The notes: generated by a model not told the origin, from the sequence alone. Positions 10,665 to 21,040 are shown, counted from the first letter of the stretch. The stretch: DNA of 47,208 nucleotides from Crocinitomicaceae bacterium (GCA_023255275.1 JALRIV010000001.1:1-47208), one strand, 5' to 3'. Numbers and translations: made by a program.

Positions 10665-10672
10665 CAAATTTA
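10665..10672 (-). promoter_or_regulatory. -7 promoter box TAAATTTG (minus strand) for the OmpA-like gene
   Basis: The reverse complement of 10665-10672 is TAAATTTG, 6 nt upstream of the ATG at 10658. Confidence 0.45.
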
Positions 10673-10690
10673 CGCCATATTCCTATAATA

Positions 10691-10722
10691 AAATAAAAAA
10701 ACCGCCCAAATTTGAGCGGTTT
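10691..10722 (-). terminator. Rho-independent terminator after the M16 peptidase pair
   Basis: The minus strand reads AAACCGC-TCAAATTTGG-GCGGTTT followed by TTTTTTTATTT. It begins 24 nt downstream of the stop at 10747. Confidence 0.75.
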
Positions 10723-10746
10723 ATTAACATATGATGTTGAAATCTA

Positions 10747-12828
10747 CTATTTGTATTCTGAAAGGTCAACTTTTTCGTTGATTTTCAAACTAGAAACCTT
10801 GCCTGAAAGCGTTGCACCTCCGGCAATTAAATTCGTAGTAAATGGAAATAAAATACCACTAACTTCTTTGAAATCTCCAAATTCCATGGTGATTTCTTGC
10901 GTTTCCTCTTCTTCTTTTTGAATCGTGAACGATTTTACTTTCATGAAAGAAGATGCATCAAAATAATCAAAACTTTCACCTTTTGGTTGAGCAATTTTAA
11001 GAACATACACATCCTTACCATTTAAGCTTTCGATTCCTAATAACTCGTAATTAATTTGATTGGCAGTATAGTTTAGTTCTGGGAATAAACCACTTGTTTT
11101 TTGCTTTTCAACAATTTCTTCTGCGGTAAGTTCTTTTTTACCGGTTTGCATGCTCATGGCATAACCAGATTTACCATCAAAAAACGTACGTTGGAAAACC
11201 ATCCCTTGTCCTTCCAATTTACTTCCTTCAGTTGCAGGAGATACCCAAACTTTCGTGTTTTTAATTGGGAATGGTGCTTGCGGAATAGAAATGTCAGAAA
11301 CCTCTTCTAAAGATTTTATTTTTTTGAGTTTTTTCGCAACCTCTTTTGCGTTAGCACTTTTGGTTACCGCTAAAAGGTAATTTTCAATCAACTTTTCTTT
11401 GGTAATATCTGCTTTTTTCATTTCTTTCAATTCATCACCAAAAGCATCTACAAATTCAATTTTACCATCGGCATCGAATACTTTTAATTTCTCCAGAATA
11501 GCTTCATTACCCACGACAACGATATTGCAATTTTTTGCCGTCAAATACGTTTGAGCCATCGTAAGAACGTCGTCTTTATTTACATTCTCCAATCGCGTTA
11601 AATACGTTTGGTAGTAATCTTTTGCTAAATTGTACTTGATGATGTTTAAAGCGAATCGAGCGATCGTTTGAGGTCTCTCCAGGGAACGAGCAAAACTTCC
11701 TGCCATCGAAGATTTAATCAGGTTTAATTCTTCATCGGTTACATAGCCATTCGCAATTTTGTCCAATTCCATTAAAATTTGAACAATCGCGGAATCCGTT
11801 ACATCATTTCTAAAGTTACCACCTGCTGAAAGCCAAGAACCATTTTCAGTAATGTTTAAAGAGGAATAACAACCATACGTGTAAGCTTTGTCTTCTCTTA
11901 AATTTTGCATCATTCTTGAACCGAAACCTGAACCTCCCAAAATGGTATTTAAAACGGTTGTTGGAAGTTGATTAGCATCTCCTTGAATCATGTCGATTGG
12001 AAAAGAAACTTGAATTACCGATTGAACGGCACCTGGTTTTTTTACAAAAATCACACGATTTCCTTTGTTGATGTTTTTGCTGGTGTAGGCTTGTTTATAT
12101 GGAGCAACACCATTCCAAGTTCCAAAATATTTTTGAATCATAGCTTTGGTTTGCTCTTTGGTAATGTCACCAACTACCACAATATATGCTCCTTTAGGGC
12201 TAAAGTTCGATTTGTAATAATTAATTACATCTTCTCTTGAAATATTTTTCAAGGTTTTCTCACTCATTACTTCTCCATAAGGATGGTTAGGGAAATTCAC
12301 CTTAGAAACTGCATTCTGAGCCATCGTTGATGGATCTGATTTTGCGCTCAATAAAGAAGATTCAAATTGTTTAACGATACGGTTGAACTCTGAATCCGGG
12401 AAGTTAGCATTCATCGTTACGTCTGCCATTAAAGATAAACCTTTTTCCATGTGCTTTGTCAAACAAGAAAGGGAAATGGAATTACTGCTGGCATTTAAAT
12501 TTGCTCCGATATAATCCACTTCATTATCCAATTGATCTTTGGTTCTATTGGTGGTTCCAGACATGATTAAAGATCCAGAAATTTCAGCTAATCCTGCTTT
12601 ATCCTTCTCTAATTTTGGGTCTGAACCCATAAATGCTGCGAAAGATACGGTAGGCAATTTATGATTCTCCGATAAGATGACCGTAATGCCATTTTCGGTA
12701 GTGAAGACTTCTGAGTCTTTGATGTTTATTTTGGTTGCTTTTTGTGCTGCCGGTTGCTTCGTGCGATCTACTTGTCCAAAGACTAAAGTCGGTAATGCGA
12801 TGGCTAAAGCGATTATTTGTTTTTTCAT
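10747..12828 (-). CDS. M16-family peptidase, non-catalytic subunit-like, with extra beta-rich C-terminal domain
   Basis: 693 aa with signal peptide MKKQIIALAIALPTLVFGQ. It has M16 architecture, but the HxxEH position lacks zinc ligands (AEISG). About 200 extra C-terminal residues form a possibly LolA-like beta domain (inference). It lies 11 nt downstream of the active M16 gene. Confidence 0.8.
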   Translation of the reverse strand: MKKQIIALAIALPTLVFGQVDRTKQPAAQKATKINIKDSEVFTTENGITVILSENHKLPTVSFAAFMGSDPKLEKDKAGLAEISGSLIMSGTTNRTKDQLDNEVDYIGANLNASSNSISLSCLTKHMEKGLSLMADVTMNANFPDSEFNRIVKQFESSLLSAKSDPSTMAQNAVSKVNFPNHPYGEVMSEKTLKNISREDVINYYKSNFSPKGAYIVVVGDITKEQTKAMIQKYFGTWNGVAPYKQAYTSKNINKGNRVIFVKKPGAVQSVIQVSFPIDMIQGDANQLPTTVLNTILGGSGFGSRMMQNLREDKAYTYGCYSSLNITENGSWLSAGGNFRNDVTDSAIVQILMELDKIANGYVTDEELNLIKSSMAGSFARSLERPQTIARFALNIIKYNLAKDYYQTYLTRLENVNKDDVLTMAQTYLTAKNCNIVVVGNEAILEKLKVFDADGKIEFVDAFGDELKEMKKADITKEKLIENYLLAVTKSANAKEVAKKLKKIKSLEEVSDISIPQAPFPIKNTKVWVSPATEGSKLEGQGMVFQRTFFDGKSGYAMSMQTGKKELTAEEIVEKQKTSGLFPELNYTANQINYELLGIESLNGKDVYVLKIAQPKGESFDYFDASSFMKVKSFTIQKEEEETQEITMEFGDFKEVSGILFPFTTNLIAGGATLSGKVSSLKINEKVDLSEYK

Positions 12829-12839
12829 AACGAATCAAG

Positions 12840-14303
12840 TTAGTTTTTTGGAAGATAATATAAGATCACGCGAGCATCTTGCGTTAAGTACTTTTTAGCA
12901 ACGCGCTGGATATCTTCTTTTGTTACTTTTAAATAATTTTCTAATTGCGTATTTGCTTTTTCAGTTGAACCTTGATAGACATATGCATCTGCTAAATTTT
13001 CAGCAATTCCTGCAATGGTCGCATTCGATGAAACTAATTTGTTCTCAAATGAATTTCTTACTTTTTCAAACTCTTCTTGAGAAATCAATTCGTTTTTAAT
13101 TTTATCAATTTGCACATCGAATTCTTTTTGAATAACATCTAACTGAACGTCTTTTGACGCAATTGCTGCAAAAATTCCAAGACCAGCATCTTCTAATCCG
13201 AAAGAGAATGAAAAAGCAAAGGAAGCCAATTCTTTTTTCTCTACAATTTCTTTGTTGATTCTAGAAGAGCTTCCTCCAGATAACACTTCGTTCATCATAT
13301 CAATCGCATAGGTATCTGGATTGTTTTGATCCGGCATTTTATACCCCATGAAAATCGCAGGCAATTGAATGTTATCGTAAATCGTATCTTGAGTTACTTT
13401 GGTTAATACTTCAGTGTCTTTATTCGGACGTGGAATTTCAACCGCTTTGGAAGCATAAGCATTAATCAAACGTTTCGCTTCTGGAGTCGAAGATTTCATG
13501 AAGTTATTCGCATCAAACTTTGATTTATCGACACTGTACTTTGCTTTAAAAGCTTCGTCAGATAAGTTTTCAAAATCTCTGTATAAGTTGATTGCTTGTC
13601 CTTTTGGAATAGTTGCAAAATATTTGTCGATCCATTTTTTTGCTTGTTCAATGTTAATGTCACCAGCAATAGAAAGTGTTGCGTTACTAGGAACATAGAA
13701 TGTTCTGTAAAAATCGATATAATCTTGCTCTTGTGCTGCATCCAGATGTTCCATGCTCCCGATTGGTTGCCATTTGTAAGGGTGAACAGTAAATAATCTA
13801 CGGAACATTTCATACATAAAAGAAGCATAAGGCTGATTATCTACTCGCTGGCGCTTTTCTTCTTTCACAACACTGCGTTGTGTTTCCACTCCTTTGTTGT
13901 CAACTTTTGCATGCAATAAACGCTCGCTTTCTAACCAAAGACCTAATTCCAATTGGTTTGAAGGAAGAATTTCGTAGTAATAAGTACGATCTTGGGAAGT
14001 GTTTGCATTTAAAGTCCCACCGTTGTTTTCAACATATTTATCGTATTCTCCACGCTCAATGTTGGTAGACCCTTCAAAAAGCAAATGCTCAAAAAAGTGC
14101 GCAAATCCTGTTCTTTCTGGGTTTTCATTTTTAGATCCTACATGGTACAAAATGGAGACCGTTACAATAGGGGTTGCATGTTCTTCATGCAAGATTACGT
14201 GTAAGCCATTTGGTAGATCATATTCCACATAGCTTAATTTTTTCTGGCCTATTACTGTATTGGTTGATAAACCGAGCAATATGCAAAAGATTAATTTTTT
14301 CAT
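12840..14303 (-). CDS. M16-family (pitrilysin/insulinase) zinc peptidase, catalytic subunit
   Basis: 487 aa with a signal peptide. The inverted zinc motif HFFEH (HxxEH) is followed by LLFEG. Confidence 0.88.
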   Translation of the reverse strand: MKKLIFCILLGLSTNTVIGQKKLSYVEYDLPNGLHVILHEEHATPIVTVSILYHVGSKNENPERTGFAHFFEHLLFEGSTNIERGEYDKYVENNGGTLNANTSQDRTYYYEILPSNQLELGLWLESERLLHAKVDNKGVETQRSVVKEEKRQRVDNQPYASFMYEMFRRLFTVHPYKWQPIGSMEHLDAAQEQDYIDFYRTFYVPSNATLSIAGDINIEQAKKWIDKYFATIPKGQAINLYRDFENLSDEAFKAKYSVDKSKFDANNFMKSSTPEAKRLINAYASKAVEIPRPNKDTEVLTKVTQDTIYDNIQLPAIFMGYKMPDQNNPDTYAIDMMNEVLSGGSSSRINKEIVEKKELASFAFSFSFGLEDAGLGIFAAIASKDVQLDVIQKEFDVQIDKIKNELISQEEFEKVRNSFENKLVSSNATIAGIAENLADAYVYQGSTEKANTQLENYLKVTKEDIQRVAKKYLTQDARVILYYLPKN

Positions 14304-14414
14304 TGTGTTCTTTAAAGTTTAAACAAAGAAAGTTAGAATTTCTGAAATAAGAAGCAATTGTTGATAAAAGGAAATTGAATACTATGAGTGGTTATTAGAA
14401 AAGGGTGTAGTTTA

Positions 14415-15368
14415 TTATTCGATGCTCATTTGTTCGATTTCTTCTCGTTGTTCGATAACGGTGTCTGATGTATTCGGAATATCATAAAAAGAAATTTCCG
14501 TAAATCGGATAATCATCATAAAGTTTGTGGCTACTTCTCGAATGATAATGGTTGCTAAAAGTGCACTTTTTTGATTGTATAAAAATTCAATATCTGTTTG
14601 ATGTATTCCGTTTTTATAAATCGATTTTAAAGTTAGGTTACCAAACTCATCGTAAAGGTATTTTTCTTCCTGCACTGGAATAGATAGCGTATCTATATAG
14701 GTCGTTTTTTGCGCCAAAAAACCATGTTCATTATAAGTGTATTTCGTGGTTAATCGCGAAGAATTCATCAGGAAGAAGTCCTCACTTTCCAGAAGATAAC
14801 CTAATTCGTTAAATTGTTGTGTGATTTTTTTGTAAGGGAGGTGGTAGTTGTTGTAATAGGTACTTTGGATTTGTTTATCAAAATATTGATTTACAATAGT
14901 TTCCTCCTGTAGTATAGTGCTTCTAGGAACTTCTTCAATGGAATCGTAATACAATTGACTAACTAATTCACTATTTTTAAAGTTTGCATGATCGAAGGTG
15001 TAACTCTTTACCAAAAAACCATTGGAATTTGTTTGGTAAGTTTCTCGAATGCGTTGAAGGGAGTCGTAATAAAAGAAGATTTTAGTGCTGTCCTTGGTGC
15101 CATCATCTTGCTTGGTTTCATAGGTGAAATCCAAACGACCTAAAGTGTCAAAGTGATACACGTAATAATAAGAGGTAGGACGCATCACATCTCCTTTTTT
15201 CTTGTAGATGAAATTCCCTTTCAATTCTTTGACCTGATTTTTTTGAATGAATGCCTCGTTAAAAAAGGGTTTATCCGTGAAGGCATCTCCATTTTTATTA
15301 TCTAACATTTGGGCTTTCGAGTTAAGCGCAGCAAATGAAAAAATAAGAAGCAAAACGAGTTTAAACAT
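14415..15368 (-). CDS. Secreted protein with YD-repeat-like motifs (uncharacterised)
   Basis: 317 aa with signal peptide [20 protein letters not shown]. YxYD/GxL-type beta-hairpin motifs recur: [47 protein letters not shown] and [16 protein letters not shown]. Its start overlaps the upstream gene's stop by 8 nt (ATGTTTAA). Confidence 0.6.
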   Translation of the reverse strand: MFKLVLLLIFSFAALNSKAQMLDNKNGDAFTDKPFFNEAFIQKNQVKELKGNFIYKKKGDVMRPTSYYYVYHFDTLGRLDFTYETKQDDGTKDSTKIFFYYDSLQRIRETYQTNSNGFLVKSYTFDHANFKNSELVSQLYYDSIEEVPRSTILQEETIVNQYFDKQIQSTYYNNYHLPYKKITQQFNELGYLLESEDFFLMNSSRLTTKYTYNEHGFLAQKTTYIDTLSIPVQEEKYLYDEFGNLTLKSIYKNGIHQTDIEFLYNQKSALLATIIIREVATNFMMIIRFTEISFYDIPNTSDTVIEQREEIEQMSIE

Positions 15369-17373
15369 AGATGCGGTTCAAAATGGAATCAATATCTGTA
15401 GTCGGTTCAAAACAGGTTTCATGCTTACACCAAAAGTAAACCGTTTCAGGCTCAGTTGTTTTTTTATGATTGGAATAAGGGACGGTATTGTTGCTGCTGA
15501 TTCCTAAAAGAATATTCGGTAAATATTCCTTGGCTAATTCAAAATACTTTTCTTTTTCATCCTTCCCACTGATAACAATTGCATGATGTTGATGGGTAAA
15601 TTTCAATAAAAGTTGTGCCCAATGCGAGTAACCTGAACCATAATGTTCCATTCCGTCATACATCGCATTAACCATTTGCTTGGCTCGATTCATCCATGCT
15701 TCATGTGCAAAATAGGAACCAAGTGTAAATAAATTCATTGCCATCACGGCGTTAGAGGAAGGAATCACATTGTCGTTGATTTCCATTTTTCTTGCTATTA
15801 AATCGGTGTTTTCTGGTGTGAAGTAAAACATCACTTGTTTTTCATGCGAAAAATGGTGAAGGGTAAACTCTAAGATTTTTTTGGCTTGGTCCAAATGCTT
15901 TTCTTCTAACGTGGCTTGAAATAAGGCAATGTAAAATTCGATGACGAAGGCATAATCTTCCAAAAAACCATCGATATTGGCTTTTCCATCCTTGAAGTTT
16001 CGATAAATCTTACCATTTTCAGCAAGCATATATTTTTCCAACCAGAGCTGTATTCCTTTTGCTAGGTTTAAAAAATGTTCGTTCTGAAATGCCAGATAAG
16101 CGTCCAATAATCCTTTTCCTGTCATTGCATTCCAGGAGCTCAAGCATTTATCATCGATTCCTGGTTTAATACGTTCATTTCTAGTATTTAACAGTCTTCT
16201 TTGGATAGATTTAACTTGTTCTTTTAGGTCATCAATTCGTAATCCGTGTTGTTGCGCAAACTTCTCATCGCTTAAGTTTCTCATGAGGATGTAATTACCC
16301 TCCCAAGCTCCCAATTGGTTGACATTGTAATAATCGAACAACCATTGTTCGTCCTTTTTGAGTAAAGTGCTTAACTCCTCCTTAGTCCAAACATAAAATT
16401 TCCCTTCTTCATTTTCAGAATCTGCGTCGATGGCCGAAAAAAAGCAACCAAAAGGAGAACGCATTTCATCCTCTAACCATTGAATGGTATCTTCAACTAC
16501 TTCGCGGTATAGATTTTCCTTTGTTCTTTTATAGGCTTGTGCATATAGCGATAGCAGCTGTCCATTATCGTACAACATTTTTTCAAAGTGGGGGACTTTC
16601 CAAAGTAAATCTACGGAGTAACGCGAAAAACCACCCCTGATTTGGTCGTAGATCCCACCAAAGGCCATGCTTTTCAGGGTTAAATCTACATGCTTTAAAA
16701 CGTTCTCATGGTTGGCAACATAGCCATAAGCTTGTAGAAATTGATAGTTGTCAGGAAGTGGAAATTTTGGAGCTTTAGAGTCGCCTCCGTATTGTCGATC
16801 AAAATGTTTTGACCAACGAAGTACGAGTTCATCGAGATGTTTGTTTTCAAAAGTGTGCGTGGGAATGATTTGATCGATTAATTCACTGTTTTGAATACCT
16901 TCAGTTAAATTTTCGGCATATTCTCTTGCTTTATCAGGGTCGTTTGTATACGTTTCCTGCAAGGATCTTAAAATATACATCCAATGTTCCTTCGGGAAAT
17001 AGGTACCCCCATAAATGGGTTTTCCGTTTGGTAGTGTAAAACAATTTAAAGGCCATCCTCCTTTTTGCGTCATCAATTGAACGGCTGTCATGTAAATTTG
17101 GTCAACGTCAGGTCGCTCTTCTCGATCCACTTTTATATTGATGAAGAATTTATTCATTATTGCAGCAACCTCTTCATCCTCGAAGCATTCATGTTCCATG
17201 ACATGACACCAATGACAAGCTGAATACCCAATGGAAATTAATACAAGTTTATTTTCTTTTTTAGCGCGTTCAAAAGCTTCATTCGTCCATGCGACCCAAT
17301 TTACGGGATTATGAGCATGTTGCAGCAAGTAAGGAGAGGTTTCGTGAATTAAATCATTCGTGTATTCTTCCAT
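15361..17373 (-). CDS. Thioredoxin-domain protein of the DUF255/YyaL (SPATA20-like) family
   Basis: 670 aa. The N-terminal thioredoxin-like region carries [14 protein letters not shown] and is followed by a long alpha-helical (alpha/alpha-barrel-like) region. No signal peptide. Family assignment is from recall of conserved motifs. Confidence 0.8.
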   Translation of the reverse strand: MEEYTNDLIHETSPYLLQHAHNPVNWVAWTNEAFERAKKENKLVLISIGYSACHWCHVMEHECFEDEEVAAIMNKFFINIKVDREERPDVDQIYMTAVQLMTQKGGWPLNCFTLPNGKPIYGGTYFPKEHWMYILRSLQETYTNDPDKAREYAENLTEGIQNSELIDQIIPTHTFENKHLDELVLRWSKHFDRQYGGDSKAPKFPLPDNYQFLQAYGYVANHENVLKHVDLTLKSMAFGGIYDQIRGGFSRYSVDLLWKVPHFEKMLYDNGQLLSLYAQAYKRTKENLYREVVEDTIQWLEDEMRSPFGCFFSAIDADSENEEGKFYVWTKEELSTLLKKDEQWLFDYYNVNQLGAWEGNYILMRNLSDEKFAQQHGLRIDDLKEQVKSIQRRLLNTRNERIKPGIDDKCLSSWNAMTGKGLLDAYLAFQNEHFLNLAKGIQLWLEKYMLAENGKIYRNFKDGKANIDGFLEDYAFVIEFYIALFQATLEEKHLDQAKKILEFTLHHFSHEKQVMFYFTPENTDLIARKMEINDNVIPSSNAVMAMNLFTLGSYFAHEAWMNRAKQMVNAMYDGMEHYGSGYSHWAQLLLKFTHQHHAIVISGKDEKEKYFELAKEYLPNILLGISSNNTVPYSNHKKTTEPETVYFWCKHETCFEPTTDIDSILNRIYV

Positions 17374-17382
17374 TTACCTAAC

Positions 17383-18021
17383 TTATAAATCAAGACGATA
17401 TACTTCCGTTAAGCCTGTGTTGTCGCTAAAATTCACATTTAGGTCGTCTATAATTCCATCTTTAATGTCGTACACCCAACCATGAATATGTAATTCTTGT
17501 TTGGCTCTCCATGCACTCTGCACAATGGAAGTTTTTGCTAAATCGTAAACTTGTTCTTTTACATTTAATTCTACAAATCTGGCAAATCGTTCATTTTCAT
17601 CTTCAATTTGATTCAATTCCTCATAATGAAAACGATAAACATCTTTAATGTGTCTGATCCAATTGTCAATTAAGCCATATTGATGATTCCCCATAGCGGC
17701 TTTAACTCCACCGCAACCGTAATGTCCGCATACTATGATGTGGGTTACTTTTAATACGTTCACAGCATAATCCAAAACACTTAACATGTTCATATCGGTA
17801 TGCAAAACCATGTTTGCAATATTACGATGTACAAAGACTTCCCCTGGTTCAGCGCCAATAATTTCATTTGCAGGCACTCGGCTATCCGCACAACCTATCC
17901 ATAAAATAGGGGGTTGTTGACCATCCGCAAGTCGAGAAAAATAATTTTCGTCAAGAGCCAGTTTATTTGTTACCCATTTCTTGTTGTTGTCTAAAAGTGA
18001 CTGGTAATATATTTTATTCAT
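17383..18021 (-). CDS. Beta-class carbonic anhydrase
   Basis: 212 aa. Zinc-ligand motifs are CADSR (CxDxR) and HYGCGG (HxxC). Confidence 0.88.
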   Translation of the reverse strand: MNKIYYQSLLDNNKKWVTNKLALDENYFSRLADGQQPPILWIGCADSRVPANEIIGAEPGEVFVHRNIANMVLHTDMNMLSVLDYAVNVLKVTHIIVCGHYGCGGVKAAMGNHQYGLIDNWIRHIKDVYRFHYEELNQIEDENERFARFVELNVKEQVYDLAKTSIVQSAWRAKQELHIHGWVYDIKDGIIDDLNVNFSDNTGLTEVYRLDL

Positions 18022-18032
18022 AGGATTAAGTT

Positions 18033-19433
18033 TTAATCAATCTGATAGCCTAAGATACGCATAAAATCTGTAGCAGTTTGTTCGTTACTGAAAACACTGG
18101 TAACTAATTTACCGTTTTCATCGCGTTCGATTAAGATGTGCTTAGGTTCTGGGATGAGGCAATGTTTTAAACCACCGAAGCCACCAATGGTTTCTTGATA
18201 GGCACCCGTATTAAAAAAGCCAATGTAAAGTACTTGGTTACGGTCAAATTTCGGAAGGTAAATGGCATTTGAATGCTGTTCAGAGTTGTAATAATCATCG
18301 CTGTCACATGTCAAACCACCCAATAACACCCTTTCATAGTCATCATTCCAACGATTGATAGGCAACATGATGAAGCGCTGATTGATCGCCCAGGTATCTG
18401 GTAAATTGGTCATGAACGAGGAGTCAATCATATTCCATTTTTCTCGATCGTTTTGCTGTTTTTGATGAATGACACTAAATAATGCACCTCCACTTTCACC
18501 AACGGTAAATGAACCGAATTCAGTAAAAATATTGGGTTCAGGAATGTCATTATCGGTACAAACGCGTTTAATTTGCGTTAAAATTTCTCGTACCATGTAA
18601 GCGTAATCGTAGTCAAAAGCTAATGATTTCTTAATCGGGAAACCGCCTCCAATGTTCAAGGAGTCCAAACTAGGACATACCTTTTTCAAGTCTGAATAGA
18701 CACGTAAACATTTGGTTAATTCGTTCCAATAATAAGCGGTGTCGTTGATACCTGTATTGATGAAAAAATGCAACATTTTCACTTCAACTCTAGGATTTTC
18801 TTGCAGAATTGCCTTGTAAAAGGGTACAATTTCGCGGTAACGAATGCCTAAACGTGAGGTGTAGAACTCAAACTTTGGCTCTTCCTCAGAGGCAATTCGA
18901 ATTCCCACTTGAATCTTTTTGTCTGTACGAGCAAGGATTTCGTGTAATTCTTGCGTATTATCAACAACTGGGATTACTTTTAAGTTGCCCTCATTGATCA
19001 AGTCAACAATTCCTTCAATGTAGTTCTTAGGCTTAAACCCATTGCAAATGACAAAACTGTCTTTTGCTAGCTTGCCTGAGTTGTATAAATTTTTCACGAT
19101 GTCTACATCAAAAGCAGAAGAGGTTTCGATGTGTACATCATTTTTTAAGACTTCATCTAAAATAAAGGAAAAATGCGAACTTTTGGTGCAGTAAGAATAG
19201 TAGTAATTTCCTGCATAACCTAAGTTATTCATGGCCTCACGAAACCAACCTTTAGCACGTTGAATGTTGTTAGAAATTTGGGGTAAATAATTAAATTTTA
19301 ATGGCGTACCGTGCTCATTGATTAATCGCATTAAATCAATTCCATGAAACATCAGACGATCTTCTCTAAGATTAAACTCGTTTTGAGGGAAATCAAAAGT
19401 TTGGTCAATTAAATCTAAATATTTTGTTCTCAT
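18033..19433 (-). CDS. speA: PLP-dependent (fold type III) arginine decarboxylase, short flavobacterial type
   Basis: 466 aa. Orn/DAP/Arg decarboxylase signatures are present: LNIGGGFPI (the GGG motif), GGLTCDSDD (active-site Cys region) and a candidate PLP lysine in YCTKSSH. Substrate assignment to arginine is by family resemblance only. Confidence 0.75.
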   Translation of the reverse strand: MRTKYLDLIDQTFDFPQNEFNLREDRLMFHGIDLMRLINEHGTPLKFNYLPQISNNIQRAKGWFREAMNNLGYAGNYYYSYCTKSSHFSFILDEVLKNDVHIETSSAFDVDIVKNLYNSGKLAKDSFVICNGFKPKNYIEGIVDLINEGNLKVIPVVDNTQELHEILARTDKKIQVGIRIASEEEPKFEFYTSRLGIRYREIVPFYKAILQENPRVEVKMLHFFINTGINDTAYYWNELTKCLRVYSDLKKVCPSLDSLNIGGGFPIKKSLAFDYDYAYMVREILTQIKRVCTDNDIPEPNIFTEFGSFTVGESGGALFSVIHQKQQNDREKWNMIDSSFMTNLPDTWAINQRFIMLPINRWNDDYERVLLGGLTCDSDDYYNSEQHSNAIYLPKFDRNQVLYIGFFNTGAYQETIGGFGGLKHCLIPEPKHILIERDENGKLVTSVFSNEQTATDFMRILGYQID

Positions 19434-19488
19434 TTCTAAATTTTGTATTACAAATTTCCGTTAAATAATCGATAATTGAAAGGATGAA

Positions 19489-19827
19489 CTAGAGTAATTC
19501 TAAAATTTTTTCGGTTGGTCTCCCAATAACAGCTCGATTCCCCTTGACGATTATCGGTCTTTCGATTAATTTAGGGTGTTTGAGCATGACGTCTATCCAC
19601 TCGGATTCTGATAAATCTTGTCCTTTAAATTGCTCCTTGAATATAGCTTCGTTTTTGCGGATTAAATCAAAGGCAGACATATTTAATTTGCGAAGTATTT
19701 CAATCAATTCTTCTTTCGAAATTGGATTGGTTAAGTAAGTGATGGTTTCGAAATTTTGATTTTTTTCCTTTAAAAACTCAATGGCACTCCTACTTTTAGA
19801 ACATTGATTATTGTGATAAACTATCAT
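19489..19827 (-). CDS. ArsC/Spx/YffB-family small redox protein
   Basis: 112 aa. The N-terminal MIVYHNNQCSKSRSAIEFL carries the CxxSR motif of the ArsC family fold. Confidence 0.75.
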   Translation of the reverse strand: MIVYHNNQCSKSRSAIEFLKEKNQNFETITYLTNPISKEELIEILRKLNMSAFDLIRKNEAIFKEQFKGQDLSESEWIDVMLKHPKLIERPIIVKGNRAVIGRPTEKILELL

Positions 19828-19833
19828 ATGGGA

Positions 19834-20346
19834 TTATTTAAACCAACTGGAATATAAGACATAATTTTGAGCGATACGTTGCACTTCACCTTTGAATAAT
19901 TCTGGGGTTAAGGTTTTTACTTTTTTAGCGGGTACTCCAGCATAAATACTCCAAGATTCTACACGTGTTCCTTCTAAAAGTACTGCTCCGGCAGCAATGA
20001 TACAGTTCGATTCGATATAGCAATTATCCATCACAATTGCCCCCATGCCGATAAGTACATTTTCTTCAATCGTACAACCATGTACTAAGGCATTATGTCC
20101 TATGGATACGTGGTCTCCGATGACTACTTTGGTTTTTTCATAAGTCGCATGAATTACCGCACCATCTTGAACGTTTACTTTGTTTCCCATGCGAATGCTA
20201 TTGACATCGCCGCGAACAACAGCATTGAACCAGAACGAGCATAAGTCGCCGGTAATTACATCTCCGACAATGGTTGCGTTTTCAGCCATGTAGCAATCTT
20301 CTCCAAATTGAGGTGTAAATCCCCTGCATGATTTTATTAATGCCAT
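19834..20346 (-). CDS. Gamma-class carbonic anhydrase family protein (left-handed beta-helix, YrdA/PaaY-like)
   Basis: 170 aa. Hexapeptide repeats are present, and histidines in IHATY...IGHNALVHGCTIEE match the positions of gamma-CA zinc ligands. Confidence 0.8.
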   Translation of the reverse strand: MALIKSCRGFTPQFGEDCYMAENATIVGDVITGDLCSFWFNAVVRGDVNSIRMGNKVNVQDGAVIHATYEKTKVVIGDHVSIGHNALVHGCTIEENVLIGMGAIVMDNCYIESNCIIAAGAVLLEGTRVESWSIYAGVPAKKVKTLTPELFKGEVQRIAQNYVLYSSWFK

Positions 20347-20347
20347 T

Positions 20348-21028
20348 TTATTGAATGTTTTTTAACGCTTCACGATAAGCTAATCCTGAGATTTCATTTC
20401 GTAAAACAAATTCTTTAACTTTTTCAGGTTCAAATTTAGCAAATTGTCGCAATGACCAACCAATAGCTTTCTGAATAAAAAAGTTTTGATGGTACTTTAA
20501 TTCGAGAATCAATGAAGTAAGTAATGAAAAATCAGTTTTTATTCCAAATTTTAATTGAAAAATTAAGCAAGAGCGTTGTAACCAAAGATTTTCTGATTCC
20601 ATCCATTTTTTAATACGTTCTCTCATTTGAATTGGGAATTTTACGGCATATTTTCCTAAAAAATTACTGGCGATATTGTCCACGGAATCCCACCACGATT
20701 TATGTTGTATTAATTGTTCAATTCGATCAATGTCGCTTTCGTAAATATCTTTGCTTGGGAAGCGATTTAAAAAATCAATGGCGATGTATTGGAATTCTCG
20801 TTCTTTTTCTTGAAACAGAAAAAAGATCAACTGCCACTTTTCTTCCAAACTTAAATTTATTTTCCAATCGGAGAAATGGACTTTTTGAACCGTATTTCGA
20901 GGTTGGGCAGTTATCCCTAAAAATGAAAAATGATTTTTCATATAGTTTTCCATCGCGATAATCTTTTCCTCGTTTTGAAAAACCATTAAATCTGCTCTAA
21001 GATGGGTAATCAAGGCTTGATAGTTCAT
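20348..21028 (-). CDS. DNA alkylation repair protein (AlkD-like HEAT-repeat family)
   Basis: 226 aa and all-helical. The conserved C-terminal WW/IQKAIGWSLRQ-type motif recalls the DNA_alkylation family. The gene ends 1 nt before the next gene. Confidence 0.7.
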   Translation of the reverse strand: MNYQALITHLRADLMVFQNEEKIIAMENYMKNHFSFLGITAQPRNTVQKVHFSDWKINLSLEEKWQLIFFLFQEKEREFQYIAIDFLNRFPSKDIYESDIDRIEQLIQHKSWWDSVDNIASNFLGKYAVKFPIQMRERIKKWMESENLWLQRSCLIFQLKFGIKTDFSLLTSLILELKYHQNFFIQKAIGWSLRQFAKFEPEKVKEFVLRNEISGLAYREALKNIQ

Positions 21029-21032
21029 GGTA

Positions 21033-21040
21033 CAAATTTA
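21033..21040 (-). promoter_or_regulatory. -7 promoter box TAAATTTG (minus strand), 4 nt upstream of the AlkD-like ATG
   Basis: The reverse complement of 21033-21040 is TAAATTTG, followed by the spacer tacc and then the ATG at 21028. Confidence 0.5.

Noticed and set aside
10659-10667. TTG start codon for the OmpA-like gene as given in the ORF track
   Set aside because: The TTG falls inside the predicted -7 box (10665-10672). The ATG at 10658 follows the box by 6 nt and begins a normal signal peptide.
13496-13828. 110-aa same-strand, out-of-frame ORF inside the catalytic M16 peptidase gene
   Set aside because: No start context and no recognisable motifs, and it is fully embedded in a conserved gene. 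Treated as chance.
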